From Salinispira sp. (GTDB taxonomy: Bacteria; Spirochaetota; Spirochaetia; DSM-27196; Salinispiraceae): a stretch of DNA of 64,000 bases. The position numbers were made by a program, and so were the translations under genes. Position 1 is the stretch's first letter; the number at the start of each line of letters is the position of its first letter. The DNA lies in the NCBI GenBank assembly GCA_965602015.1, contig OZ271918.1:832001-896000 (forward strand), written 5' to 3'. Shown here one piece after another: positions 51,160 through 59,442 of the stretch. The notes beneath the pieces are model-generated. The model was not told where the DNA came from. It searched no databases and worked only from the letters and a program-made list of their open reading frames with translations.

Positions 51160-53631
51160 GTGAACCAGGAAATAGAGGTAATCAGCAGGGAAGGGCAGAG
51201 GCGGATATTTGATTCAGCCCGGATTCAATCAGCGGTGTTCAAGGCATTCATCGCCACAAACCAGCTCGTAGGCAGTGATGCGGGGGACGGATCGGATGCA
51301 GGCTTGATTGCCGGTCTGGTGGAGCGTGAAATAATGCGGGAGCTGCCACATGGCGGGGAAGTAGGCGTTGAGCGCATCCAGGATATCGTTGAGCAGACCC
51401 TTGTTGAACAGGGCATGTACAAGCAGGCAAAGGCGTACATGCTGTACCGATCCCGCCACGGTGAATTGCGCAACTTCACCGCGAGCATGCTTGATATTGA
51501 ACGGACCATGGACGGATACCTTGGTCAGTCTGACTGGAGGGTCAATGAGAATGCCAATGTCAATTACAGTCTAGGCGGCCTCATACTCCACAATTCCGGA
51601 GCCATTACGGCGAACTACTGGCTGAACCGGATATATACCCGAGAAATTGCAAAAGCTCACCGGACGGCGGCCATGCATATTCACGACCTTTCGATGTTCT
51701 CGGGCTACTGCGCCGGGTGGTCTCTCCGACAGCTAATCACAGAGGGTTTGGGCGGGGTGACGGGCAAAATTGCCTCTTCACCGGCGAAACACCTGAATAC
51801 ACTGGTACAGCAAATGGTGAACTTCCTGGGAATAATGCAGAACGAATGGGCAGGAGCCCAGGCCTTTTCCAGTTTTGATACCTATTTAGCCCCATTCGTC
51901 CGGGAGGACCGCCTTGATTCCTCCGGGGTAAAACAGGCCCTGCAGAGCTTCATTTACGGGGTTAATACTCCTAGCCGTTGGGGGAGTCAAGCGCCGTTTA
52001 CCAATATCACCCTGGACTGGGTGGTCCCCGCTGACATGGCCGGGAAGCCTGCGGTGGTCGGCGGTCTGGAAATGAGCTACTGCTACGGCGAGCTTCAGCA
52101 TGAAATGGACATGATAAACAAAGCCTTCCTCGAGTTGATGATCGAAGGCGACGCCTCAGGCCGGGGTTTCCAGTACCCAATTCCCACGTACAATATTACC
52201 GATCGCTTCGTGTGGAATAGCCCCAACGCCGCCCTGTTATTCGAAATGACCGGCAAGTACGGTACGCCCTACTTCCAGAATTTTGTCAATTCAGACCTGG
52301 ACCCCTCGGATGTGCGCTCCATGTGCTGCCGCCTCCAGCTGGACAAACGTGAGCTTCGCAAACGGGGAGGGGGGCTGTTCGGCAGCGACGAGTTTACCGG
52401 CTCCATCGGGGTGGTGACCATTAATTTGCCGCAAATTGCCTATATCGCCGATAACCGGAATGCCTTTTTCCAACGACTCGACGAGTTGATGGATCTGGCA
52501 AGCGAAAGCCTTGAGACCAAACGCGAGGTGGTGACCCGTCTCATGGATCAGGGGCTGTTTCCGTACACAAAACGATATTTACGGCATTTAGATAACCATT
52601 TTGCTACCATAGGCATTGTGGGCATGAACGAGGCCATGGAAAACTTCCTCGGCTGCGATCTTCAGGAAGACGAAGCCCGGAGATTCGCCATTGATATCCT
52701 TGATCATATGCGCGGCCGGCTCGCGGAGTACCAGGAAAAAACCGGTAGCCTGTATAATTTGGAAGCAAGCCCGGCCGAAGGAACCAGCTACCGTCTCGCC
52801 CTCCACGATCTGAAGAACTATCCCGGGATCATCACCGCGGGCACACCAGACGAACCCTATTACACAAACTCAAGCCAATTGCCGGTCGATGCCACCCGGG
52901 ATATTTTTGACGCCCTTGATATGCAGGACGAACTTCAGACCCTCTACACCGGTGGGACGGTTTTCCATGCATTTCTGGGAGAGAGCATTAAGGATTGGCG
53001 CTCATGCGCAGAACTTGTGAAGGTCATCGCCGGCAATTATCGCCTGCCGTATTTCACCATCTCGCCGACCTTCTCCATTTGCGCCATCCACGGTTACCTT
53101 GAAGGAGAGCAGTCCGAGTGTCCGGTCTGCGGCCGGAGTACTGAGGTGTACAGCCGAATCGTCGGCTATTATCGCGCCCTGAACAACTGGAATCGCGGCA
53201 AGCGTCGGGAATATAATGAACGTAAAACCTATATACCCTCAGGACATAAAAACGCATCACTTGATGCTGCGGAAGTCGATCCGGCATCGGGAACGGGACA
53301 GGCGGCGAAAGAAAGCCTTGCCGATCGCAAACCCTTAGTAAATCGCTCGGTCGAGATCACCTTGTTCTATACCGATCGCTGCCCGCAATGCCCCGGTGCG
53401 AAAAAGCTTCTTGATGAAACGGGCCTGGAATACCGGGCCTACAATGCCGCAGGTCCTGAAGGTGCGGTTTTGGCCGGTCAGGCGGGCATTTGTTCGGTAC
53501 CGACTGTTATTGTTTCCGATCCCGGCGAGGGTGAATTGTGGCGCAGCAGCGATGTCCAGATTATTGCTCAAAATATCAGGGTACTCGTAGCTGCCTTGGG
53601 CGCGGGCCGCAGCGCTGCAGCAGATGCCTAA
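51160..53631 (+). CDS. nrdD: Class III anaerobic RNR with a C-terminal glutaredoxin-like fusion
   Basis: ATP cone; HIHDL; SMCCRL; NLEASPAEG; CAIH..CPVC; SRIVGY glycyl loop; then CPQC...SVPT. Confidence 0.95.
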   Translation: MNQEIEVISREGQRRIFDSARIQSAVFKAFIATNQLVGSDAGDGSDAGLIAGLVEREIMRELPHGGEVGVERIQDIVEQTLVEQGMYKQAKAYMLYRSRHGELRNFTASMLDIERTMDGYLGQSDWRVNENANVNYSLGGLILHNSGAITANYWLNRIYTREIAKAHRTAAMHIHDLSMFSGYCAGWSLRQLITEGLGGVTGKIASSPAKHLNTLVQQMVNFLGIMQNEWAGAQAFSSFDTYLAPFVREDRLDSSGVKQALQSFIYGVNTPSRWGSQAPFTNITLDWVVPADMAGKPAVVGGLEMSYCYGELQHEMDMINKAFLELMIEGDASGRGFQYPIPTYNITDRFVWNSPNAALLFEMTGKYGTPYFQNFVNSDLDPSDVRSMCCRLQLDKRELRKRGGGLFGSDEFTGSIGVVTINLPQIAYIADNRNAFFQRLDELMDLASESLETKREVVTRLMDQGLFPYTKRYLRHLDNHFATIGIVGMNEAMENFLGCDLQEDEARRFAIDILDHMRGRLAEYQEKTGSLYNLEASPAEGTSYRLALHDLKNYPGIITAGTPDEPYYTNSSQLPVDATRDIFDALDMQDELQTLYTGGTVFHAFLGESIKDWRSCAELVKVIAGNYRLPYFTISPTFSICAIHGYLEGEQSECPVCGRSTEVYSRIVGYYRALNNWNRGKRREYNERKTYIPSGHKNASLDAAEVDPASGTGQAAKESLADRKPLVNRSVEITLFYTDRCPQCPGAKKLLDETGLEYRAYNAAGPEGAVLAGQAGICSVPTVIVSDPGEGELWRSSDVQIIAQNIRVLVAALGAGRSAAADA

Positions 53632-54271
53632 TGCACCAGCCAGGCGGGATTCGTACACCGGTACTTCCGGCTTATCCCGCCTGGGCTTTATGAAAACCAG
53701 CCTTACTGACTATCCCGGGCATCCGGCATCGGTGGTCTTCACTGCCGGATGCCCCCTTGTCTGTCCTTACTGCCACAACAGCAGTCTCATTTCAGGAGAA
53801 CATCCCGCTGATTTCCTTCCTCGCCGGGATGTCATCGATCTGTTGTCCCGAAGAGGGCATCTGATAGACCATGTGGTAGTTACCGGCGGCGAACCGCTTT
53901 TTCACCATGATCTGCCCAGGCTTTTTGATGAACTGGCGGACATAGGAATGGTCATAAAGCTGGATACCTGCGGGATGTATCCATCCCGGCTGAAAGATCT
54001 CCTGAACCATCCGGCCCTGTCTTTTGTCGCCATGGATATAAAAACTGCGCCGTCTCACTATACTCGGGTCGGCGGGGGAAGCCGTTCTCCCGCCCTACTT
54101 GAGGGCTCCTTACACCTGCTTCGGAACTGGGCCGAGCCCGAAAGCCGGGACTACGAACTGCGAACCGTAATGGCACCGGAAGTTGTGAGCGTAGAGGATG
54201 TGGGCGTTATCGAATCGATGCTGCTCCCCGGCGAGATCTGGCGTCAAAATCCCCTTAAACAGTATCACTGA
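53624..54271 (+). CDS. nrdG: Anaerobic RNR activating radical SAM enzyme
   Basis: DYPG, GCPLVCPYCHN, TGGEP, KLDT, YELRT. Confidence 0.92.
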   Translation: MPNAPARRDSYTGTSGLSRLGFMKTSLTDYPGHPASVVFTAGCPLVCPYCHNSSLISGEHPADFLPRRDVIDLLSRRGHLIDHVVVTGGEPLFHHDLPRLFDELADIGMVIKLDTCGMYPSRLKDLLNHPALSFVAMDIKTAPSHYTRVGGGSRSPALLEGSLHLLRNWAEPESRDYELRTVMAPEVVSVEDVGVIESMLLPGEIWRQNPLKQYH

Positions 54272-54314
54272 TAGCCTCGGGCACAGATTACTAGTTCAAT
54301 TATGAAACAAAGTA

Positions 54315-54343
54315 TTGACTGTGGTACTTAGTACCAGTAAATT
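54315..54343 (+). promoter_or_regulatory. Sigma70 promoter with a palindrome in the spacer; probably leaderless
   Basis: TTGACT-17-TAAATT-6-ATG; TGGTACT-t-AGTACCA at 54322-54336. Confidence 0.65.
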
Positions 54344-54349
54344 GGCCCC

Positions 54350-55477
54350 ATGAAAACAGCGACCAAACTGCCGGTTACCGTCCTTTCGGGTTTTCTCGGA
54401 GCCGGCAAAACCACCCTTTTGAATCATATTCTCAACAATCGCGACGGCATGAAAGTCGCGGTTATCGTCAATGACATGTCCGATGTGAACATCGATGCCG
54501 CCCTCATCCGAGACGGCGGCGCCCAGCTCAGCCGGACCGATGAGCAGCTTGTGGAGATGTCCAACGGGTGCATATGCTGTACCCTGCGCGATGATTTACT
54601 CAAGGAAGTCAACAGCCTGGCCAAGGCCGGGAAGTTCGATTATCTGCTTATTGAGAGTTCGGGAATTAGCGAACCGGTGCCCGTTGCCCAGACCTTCGAG
54701 CTGGGAGAGTATGAGGGGTCGGCCCTTGAAGATGTTACGGCCCTGGATACCATGGTCACCGTCGTCGATGCCTCAACATGTCGCGAGATGCTCATGTCCA
54801 CCACAAGCCTTGCGGATAAAAACATGGCGGTAAGCGATGAGGATGAGCGAAGCCTATCCATGCTGTTGACCGACCAGATTGAGTTCGCCAACGTAATCCT
54901 TGTCAGTAAAACCGACCTGGTTGAGCCCGAAGAACTGGCCCGGCTTACGGCGCTTTTGGGGAAGATGAACCCCACTGCCAAAATAGTCCCCATGCTCAAC
55001 GGCCAGATTGATCCCTTCCTCATCATGAATACCGGCTTGTATACCCGGGAGTGGGGCGAATCCCTTGACGCCTGGGAGGAAGAGCTTCAAAACGAGCACG
55101 TCCCGGAAACCGAGGAGTACGGCATCTCAAGCTGGGCATTTCGTCAGCGCCGTCCCTTCGACCGCAAAAAGTTTCAGAAAGTAATCGCCGAGGGGACCCA
55201 AGGGCTCGTTCGGGCAAAAGGCTATTTCTGGTTCGAAGACGAACCTGAGTCCGCCTATTTCCTGAGTATCTCGGGAAAAAAGGGCTTTTTCGAGGCCGCG
55301 GGTTTTTGGTGGTCAGCGGTAGACCGGGCGCAGTGGCCTGCAGATGAAGAACACCGGAAGCAGATTCTCGAATCATTCGAAGAACCCTGGGGAGACAAAC
55401 GTCAGGAGCTGGTGTTTATCGGTCAGGATGTCGACTTTGACAATTTGAACAAGCGCCTCACGGATGCGCTGGTATAG
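54350..55477 (+). CDS. COG0523 (CobW/YciC/ZigA-like) G3E GTPase metallochaperone
   Basis: [47 protein letters not shown]. Confidence 0.95.
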   Translation: MKTATKLPVTVLSGFLGAGKTTLLNHILNNRDGMKVAVIVNDMSDVNIDAALIRDGGAQLSRTDEQLVEMSNGCICCTLRDDLLKEVNSLAKAGKFDYLLIESSGISEPVPVAQTFELGEYEGSALEDVTALDTMVTVVDASTCREMLMSTTSLADKNMAVSDEDERSLSMLLTDQIEFANVILVSKTDLVEPEELARLTALLGKMNPTAKIVPMLNGQIDPFLIMNTGLYTREWGESLDAWEEELQNEHVPETEEYGISSWAFRQRRPFDRKKFQKVIAEGTQGLVRAKGYFWFEDEPESAYFLSISGKKGFFEAAGFWWSAVDRAQWPADEEHRKQILESFEEPWGDKRQELVFIGQDVDFDNLNKRLTDALV

Positions 55478-55536
55478 GCCGGCCGTCGGCTTGAAGGGGG
55501 ATGACAGCGGATTCCGCCGCTGCTACAGTTGTTACC

Positions 55537-55989
55537 ATGGAATGGGAAAACGCCTACCAACAGTGCATTCGAAGAATTCTCGACCGTGGGGAAAGAATCA
55601 CTCCGGCCCGCGATCAGATTCTCCGGATTATCTGCAAATCCGGGCATCATCTCACCAGTCGTGAAATACTCAGCGAGATTGAATCGTCAGGGGGAAGCGC
55701 ATCCCGCACTTCCGTTTTTCGCACTCTGGATCTCCTCACCCGGATGTCCATTCTGAGGCCCACCTATGTGGAATCCCAGACCCCCAGCTACGTGCTGATG
55801 TCGGCGGACGGGCATCACGGGCACATCATCTGTCCCGAGTGCCAATCGGTTTTGGAGATCGAAGAGTGCGAGCTTCACGATGTGCTGCCCGTGTTGGAGA
55901 AACGCTATGGGCGGAAGTTTATCGGCCATCTCTTGGAATGCTACGCCCTGTGCGATACCTGCGCGGAGCACAGCGGCTCTAATACATGA
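55537..55989 (+). CDS. Fur family regulator, Zur-like (alternative start 55501)
   Basis: RITPAR, SVFRTL, HHGHIICPEC, C-terminal CDTC; zinc-uptake context. Confidence 0.88.
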   Translation: MEWENAYQQCIRRILDRGERITPARDQILRIICKSGHHLTSREILSEIESSGGSASRTSVFRTLDLLTRMSILRPTYVESQTPSYVLMSADGHHGHIICPECQSVLEIEECELHDVLPVLEKRYGRKFIGHLLECYALCDTCAEHSGSNT

Positions 55990-56033
55990 TTCCGACTTCC
56001 AGGCAGTATGGGATCGGTATCATCACACAGAAA

Positions 56034-56072
56034 AGGTATTACGTTGACATACCTATTTCAAGCAGCTATATT
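56034..56072 (+). promoter_or_regulatory. Sigma70 promoter for RHH-znuABC with an inverted repeat over the -35
   Basis: TTGACA-17-TATATT; AGGTAT-N9-ATACCT at 56034-56054. Confidence 0.6.
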
Positions 56073-56102
56073 TTGAGCCAATACCAAGTCGGGAGATGCA
56101 AT

Positions 56103-56375
56103 ATGGCTTCATCGGGACGCAAAAAGGAAGAGGTCATCACCTTTAAAGTGGACGAACATCTTGCTCATGCCCTGAGCGGATTGCACAACAAGTCGGATTT
56201 TATCAGAAAAGCCGTTCTGGATGCCCTGGGGAATGTCTGCCCCGTGTGCAACGGGAGTGGTTCTCTGACGGTGTCGCAAATGAGCCACTGGCGGGATTTT
56301 AGCTCACATCATCATGTGGAGTCCTGTACAGACTGCAACGAATTCCATCTTGTGTGCGACCACGAATCAACATAA
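56103..56375 (+). CDS. Ribbon-helix-helix (CopG-like) protein with a Cys/His-rich C-terminal domain
   Basis: VITFKVD..L...L....NKSDFIRKAV; CPVC, HHH, CTDC, HLVCDH; GGGAG SD. Confidence 0.8.
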   Translation: MASSGRKKEEVITFKVDEHLAHALSGLHNKSDFIRKAVLDALGNVCPVCNGSGSLTVSQMSHWRDFSSHHHVESCTDCNEFHLVCDHEST

Positions 56376-56417
56376 TAGCAATACAGCCAGTTGAGGCTGA
56401 ACATTAAGGAGATACAT

Positions 56418-57686
56418 ATGAAAACAAGGACGTCTGTGCGGGGCATTGCCCTCCTGGTTCTGTTCTTTATGGTTTTTTTCTACAGCCCGCTCTTCGCCGC
56501 CGGCGGAGCGGAAAGCACGGAAGAAGCGACCGAAGAGCACCATGACGACGATCACAACGACGAAGACCATGACCACGATGATCACGATCATGATGACCAC
56601 GATCATGACGACCACGACCATGATGACGATCATGATGATCACGATCATGACGACCACGACCATGCTGGCGAAATGGTCATTCCGGATATCGAGCCCGCCA
56701 GTCTCTCCGGCGGAAGCCCCCTCCGGGTAGTGGCAACCACAAGCATTGTCGGCGACGTTGTTCGCCAAATTGCCGGCGACAGCGCACGAGTCGATGTTTT
56801 GATGCCACGGGGGCAAAACCCCCATTCGTACGAGCCCACTCCCCGGGCCATGGCGAGCGTCGAAGAGTCGTACATCGTCTTTGTAAACGGCCTGAATCTC
56901 GAGGAAGTTCTTCTGGAAACCATCGAGAACATTGCCGGCACCTATGTTGTTCCGGTTTCAGCGGGAATCGCTGTGTTGGAAGGCGGTGAGCACGACCATG
57001 GCGATGAAGATCACCAAGATGAAGATGATCATCATGATGAAGACCATCACGACGAAGATGATCATCACGATGAGGACCATCACGAAGAAGATCATCATGA
57101 CGACCATGATCACGATCACGATCACGATCACGATCATGCAGGCGGCGATCCCCACTTCTGGTTTGATCCCACCAATGTGATCATCTGGGCGGAAAACATC
57201 GCCGATGCCTTGATTAGCGCTGATCCTGCCAATGCCGCCGCCTATGAAGCAAACCGGGACGCCTATATTGCCGAGCTTGAGGCCCTGGACCTGGAGGTGC
57301 GCAATCTCGTGGCATCCATTCCCCGGGCACAGCGTAAACTGGTGGTGGACCACGTGGCTTTGAACTACTATGCTGAAGAATACGGATTCGAGGTAATCGG
57401 CGAGGTCATCCCGTCAGTTTCTGATCAGGCCGAACCCTCGGCCAGGGACATCGCCCAGCTGGCTGAAGAAATTCGGGAAGAAGGCGTCCGCGCCATCTTT
57501 ATCGGCGGAACCGCAGGCCGCGGTCTGCAAAATCTTGTGCGTGCCGTGGCTGAAGAAGTGGGCGAAGACGTTCAGATCGTCTCGATTCTCACCGGGTCTT
57601 TGGCATCAGAGGGCAGCCGGGGGGACAGCTACATCGATTTCGTACGCTACAATACGGAGCAGATTGTTTCCGGGCTCCGACAGTAA
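56418..57686 (+). CDS. znuA: Zn/Mn ABC substrate-binding protein (ZnuA/TroA family) with two His/Asp tracts
   Basis: NPHSYEP, NGLNLE, DPHFW, VDH; AAGGAG SD. Confidence 0.92.
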   Translation: MKTRTSVRGIALLVLFFMVFFYSPLFAAGGAESTEEATEEHHDDDHNDEDHDHDDHDHDDHDHDDHDHDDDHDDHDHDDHDHAGEMVIPDIEPASLSGGSPLRVVATTSIVGDVVRQIAGDSARVDVLMPRGQNPHSYEPTPRAMASVEESYIVFVNGLNLEEVLLETIENIAGTYVVPVSAGIAVLEGGEHDHGDEDHQDEDDHHDEDHHDEDDHHDEDHHEEDHHDDHDHDHDHDHDHAGGDPHFWFDPTNVIIWAENIADALISADPANAAAYEANRDAYIAELEALDLEVRNLVASIPRAQRKLVVDHVALNYYAEEYGFEVIGEVIPSVSDQAEPSARDIAQLAEEIREEGVRAIFIGGTAGRGLQNLVRAVAEEVGEDVQIVSILTGSLASEGSRGDSYIDFVRYNTEQIVSGLRQ

Positions 57687-57700
57687 GGCGGTTTTATTCC

Positions 57701-58507
57701 GTGAAGTTTTTACAGCGCTTGAACTACGGTTCATGCAGAGGCAGCGAGTGCGACACCCCGGCGGTGCCGCACTCGTCTGCTTTAAACATCTCCGATCTCC
57801 GATTCCGCTATCCCCGCTCGGAAAAGCCGGTGCTGGACGGGGTCTCGCTATCGGTTGAACCAGGCGAGAGGGTTGCCATGGTCGGGCCCAATGGCGCCGG
57901 CAAATCCACCCTGCTGCATCTCATTATCGGTATGGCAGAAGGCCATAGCGGTACAATAGACGTGTACGGCAACCCGGCTCACACCTGCCGTCACCGGGTG
58001 GCCATCGTTCCCCAGCGTTCGGAGGTGGACTGGCGCTTTCCGGTCACCGTGCGCCAGGTCGTCATGATGGGACGCTTTGTGCACCTGGGCTGGTTCAAAA
58101 GACCTCGCCGCGAGGATCACGATCGTGTCCGGGAGGCTCTGGCCACCATGGGAATCGAATCCCTGAGCGATCGGCAGGTCGGAGAACTTTCGGGGGGCCA
58201 GCAGCAGAGAGTCATGCTCGCCCGCACACTGGCCCATGACGCGGATCTTCTGCTGATGGACGAGCCGCTAAATCATGTGGACATCGCCACGCAGGAATTG
58301 ATTTTCCACACGCTGGAGCGTCTGACCGCAGCCGGGAAGACGGTAATCGTCAGCACCCATGACCTGGGAGTCCTGACGGTCCACTTTAACCGGGCGGTTT
58401 TCCTCGACCGAAAGGTCATTGCCGACGGAAAAGTCGAGGATGTTCTTACTCCGGAAACTGTGGCCCAGGCTTACGGTTTCGAATTCCACAAGGACTATGT
58501 ACAGTGA
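57701..58507 (+). CDS. znuC: Metal ABC ATP-binding protein
   Basis: [30 protein letters not shown]. Confidence 0.92.
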   Translation: MKFLQRLNYGSCRGSECDTPAVPHSSALNISDLRFRYPRSEKPVLDGVSLSVEPGERVAMVGPNGAGKSTLLHLIIGMAEGHSGTIDVYGNPAHTCRHRVAIVPQRSEVDWRFPVTVRQVVMMGRFVHLGWFKRPRREDHDRVREALATMGIESLSDRQVGELSGGQQQRVMLARTLAHDADLLLMDEPLNHVDIATQELIFHTLERLTAAGKTVIVSTHDLGVLTVHFNRAVFLDRKVIADGKVEDVLTPETVAQAYGFEFHKDYVQ

Positions 58508-59373
58508 TCGAATTTATCCTTGAGCCCCTGTCGTATTCATTTATTGTCCGGGGTTTCGCTGCGGGACTTCTGGCCGCTCTGGCCTGTTCAATCCTCAGCG
58601 CTTTTGTAGTCTGGAGGGGCATGGCCTTCGTCGGCGATGCAATGGCCCATGCGATTCTTCCGGGAATCGTCGTGGCCTATATTTTCGGTTTCAGTTTGTT
58701 TTTTGGCGCTTTGGGTGCCGCTGTTCTCGCAGTGCTGGGGATAGGGCTTATATCCGGCAGGGGCAGCCTGAAGGAAGATACGGCCATAGGCATAGTATTC
58801 TCGGGGTTCTTTGCCCTTGGAGTTCTGCTGTTGAGTAGCGTGACCAGCTATCAGGACCTGGGGCATATTCTGTTCGGCAACATTCTCGGAGTCGCCACCG
58901 GCGATCTGTACTGGATGTCCGGTGTTGTTCTGCTGACCCTGACAGCCCTGGCGCTTTCTTACAAGGAGATTCTCGTTGCCTCCTTTGACCCGGCCCACTC
59001 GGTAGCCATTGGGCTATCGCCGTCATTAATCCGCTACATCCTTCTCCTGCTTCTGGCAATGACGACGGTTGTCGCCATTCAGACTGTCGGGGTAATCCTG
59101 GTTCTATCGCTGTTGGTAACCCCGGCCGCCGCCGCATCAATGCTTTCAAAACGCCTAAAAACCATAGTGCTGCTTTCGGTGCTTTTTGCCCTTTCGGCGA
59201 CGGTAATCGGGTTTTATCTGTCATATTATGCGGATCTGGCTTCAGGCCCGGCCATAGTTCTGCTTTTAACATTGTATTTTATCATCGCCTTTGCCTGGTC
59301 GAGGATCCGGGATCGGCTGCGTCAGTCCGGAAGAGAAACACATACTGAAAGTCCGGGTGAAATGGCGGGGTGA
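58504..59373 (+). CDS. znuB: Metal ABC permease (ABC-3)
   Basis: GDAMAHAILPG, EDTAIG, LFGNIL, SFDP, VGVILV. Confidence 0.93.
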   Translation: MIEFILEPLSYSFIVRGFAAGLLAALACSILSAFVVWRGMAFVGDAMAHAILPGIVVAYIFGFSLFFGALGAAVLAVLGIGLISGRGSLKEDTAIGIVFSGFFALGVLLLSSVTSYQDLGHILFGNILGVATGDLYWMSGVVLLTLTALALSYKEILVASFDPAHSVAIGLSPSLIRYILLLLLAMTTVVAIQTVGVILVLSLLVTPAAAASMLSKRLKTIVLLSVLFALSATVIGFYLSYYADLASGPAIVLLLTLYFIIAFAWSRIRDRLRQSGRETHTESPGEMAG

Positions 59374-59415
59374 CAACTAATACTACCAGATGTGGACGGT
59401 TCCGCCGGAATCGGC
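59322..59415 (+). repeat. 94-bp direct repeat, left copy
   Basis: Ungapped match to 61354-61447, about 14 mismatches by manual count. Confidence 0.9.
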
Positions 59416-59433
59416 AGGCGTAACTGCCGATTC
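59408..59433. terminator. Hairpin between znuB and the convergent MCP
   Basis: GAATCGGCAG-gcgtaa-CTGCCGATTC. Confidence 0.6.
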
Positions 59434-59442
59434 GACAAAATT

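Noticed and set aside
53230..53360. Internal start for the NrdD glutaredoxin domain, as proposed for copA
   Set aside because: No in-frame ATG with an SD in the linker
56367..57353. Met/Val/Ile- or Thr/Met-rich ORFs overlapping znuA
   Set aside because: Alternative-frame shadows of the His/Asp codon repeats
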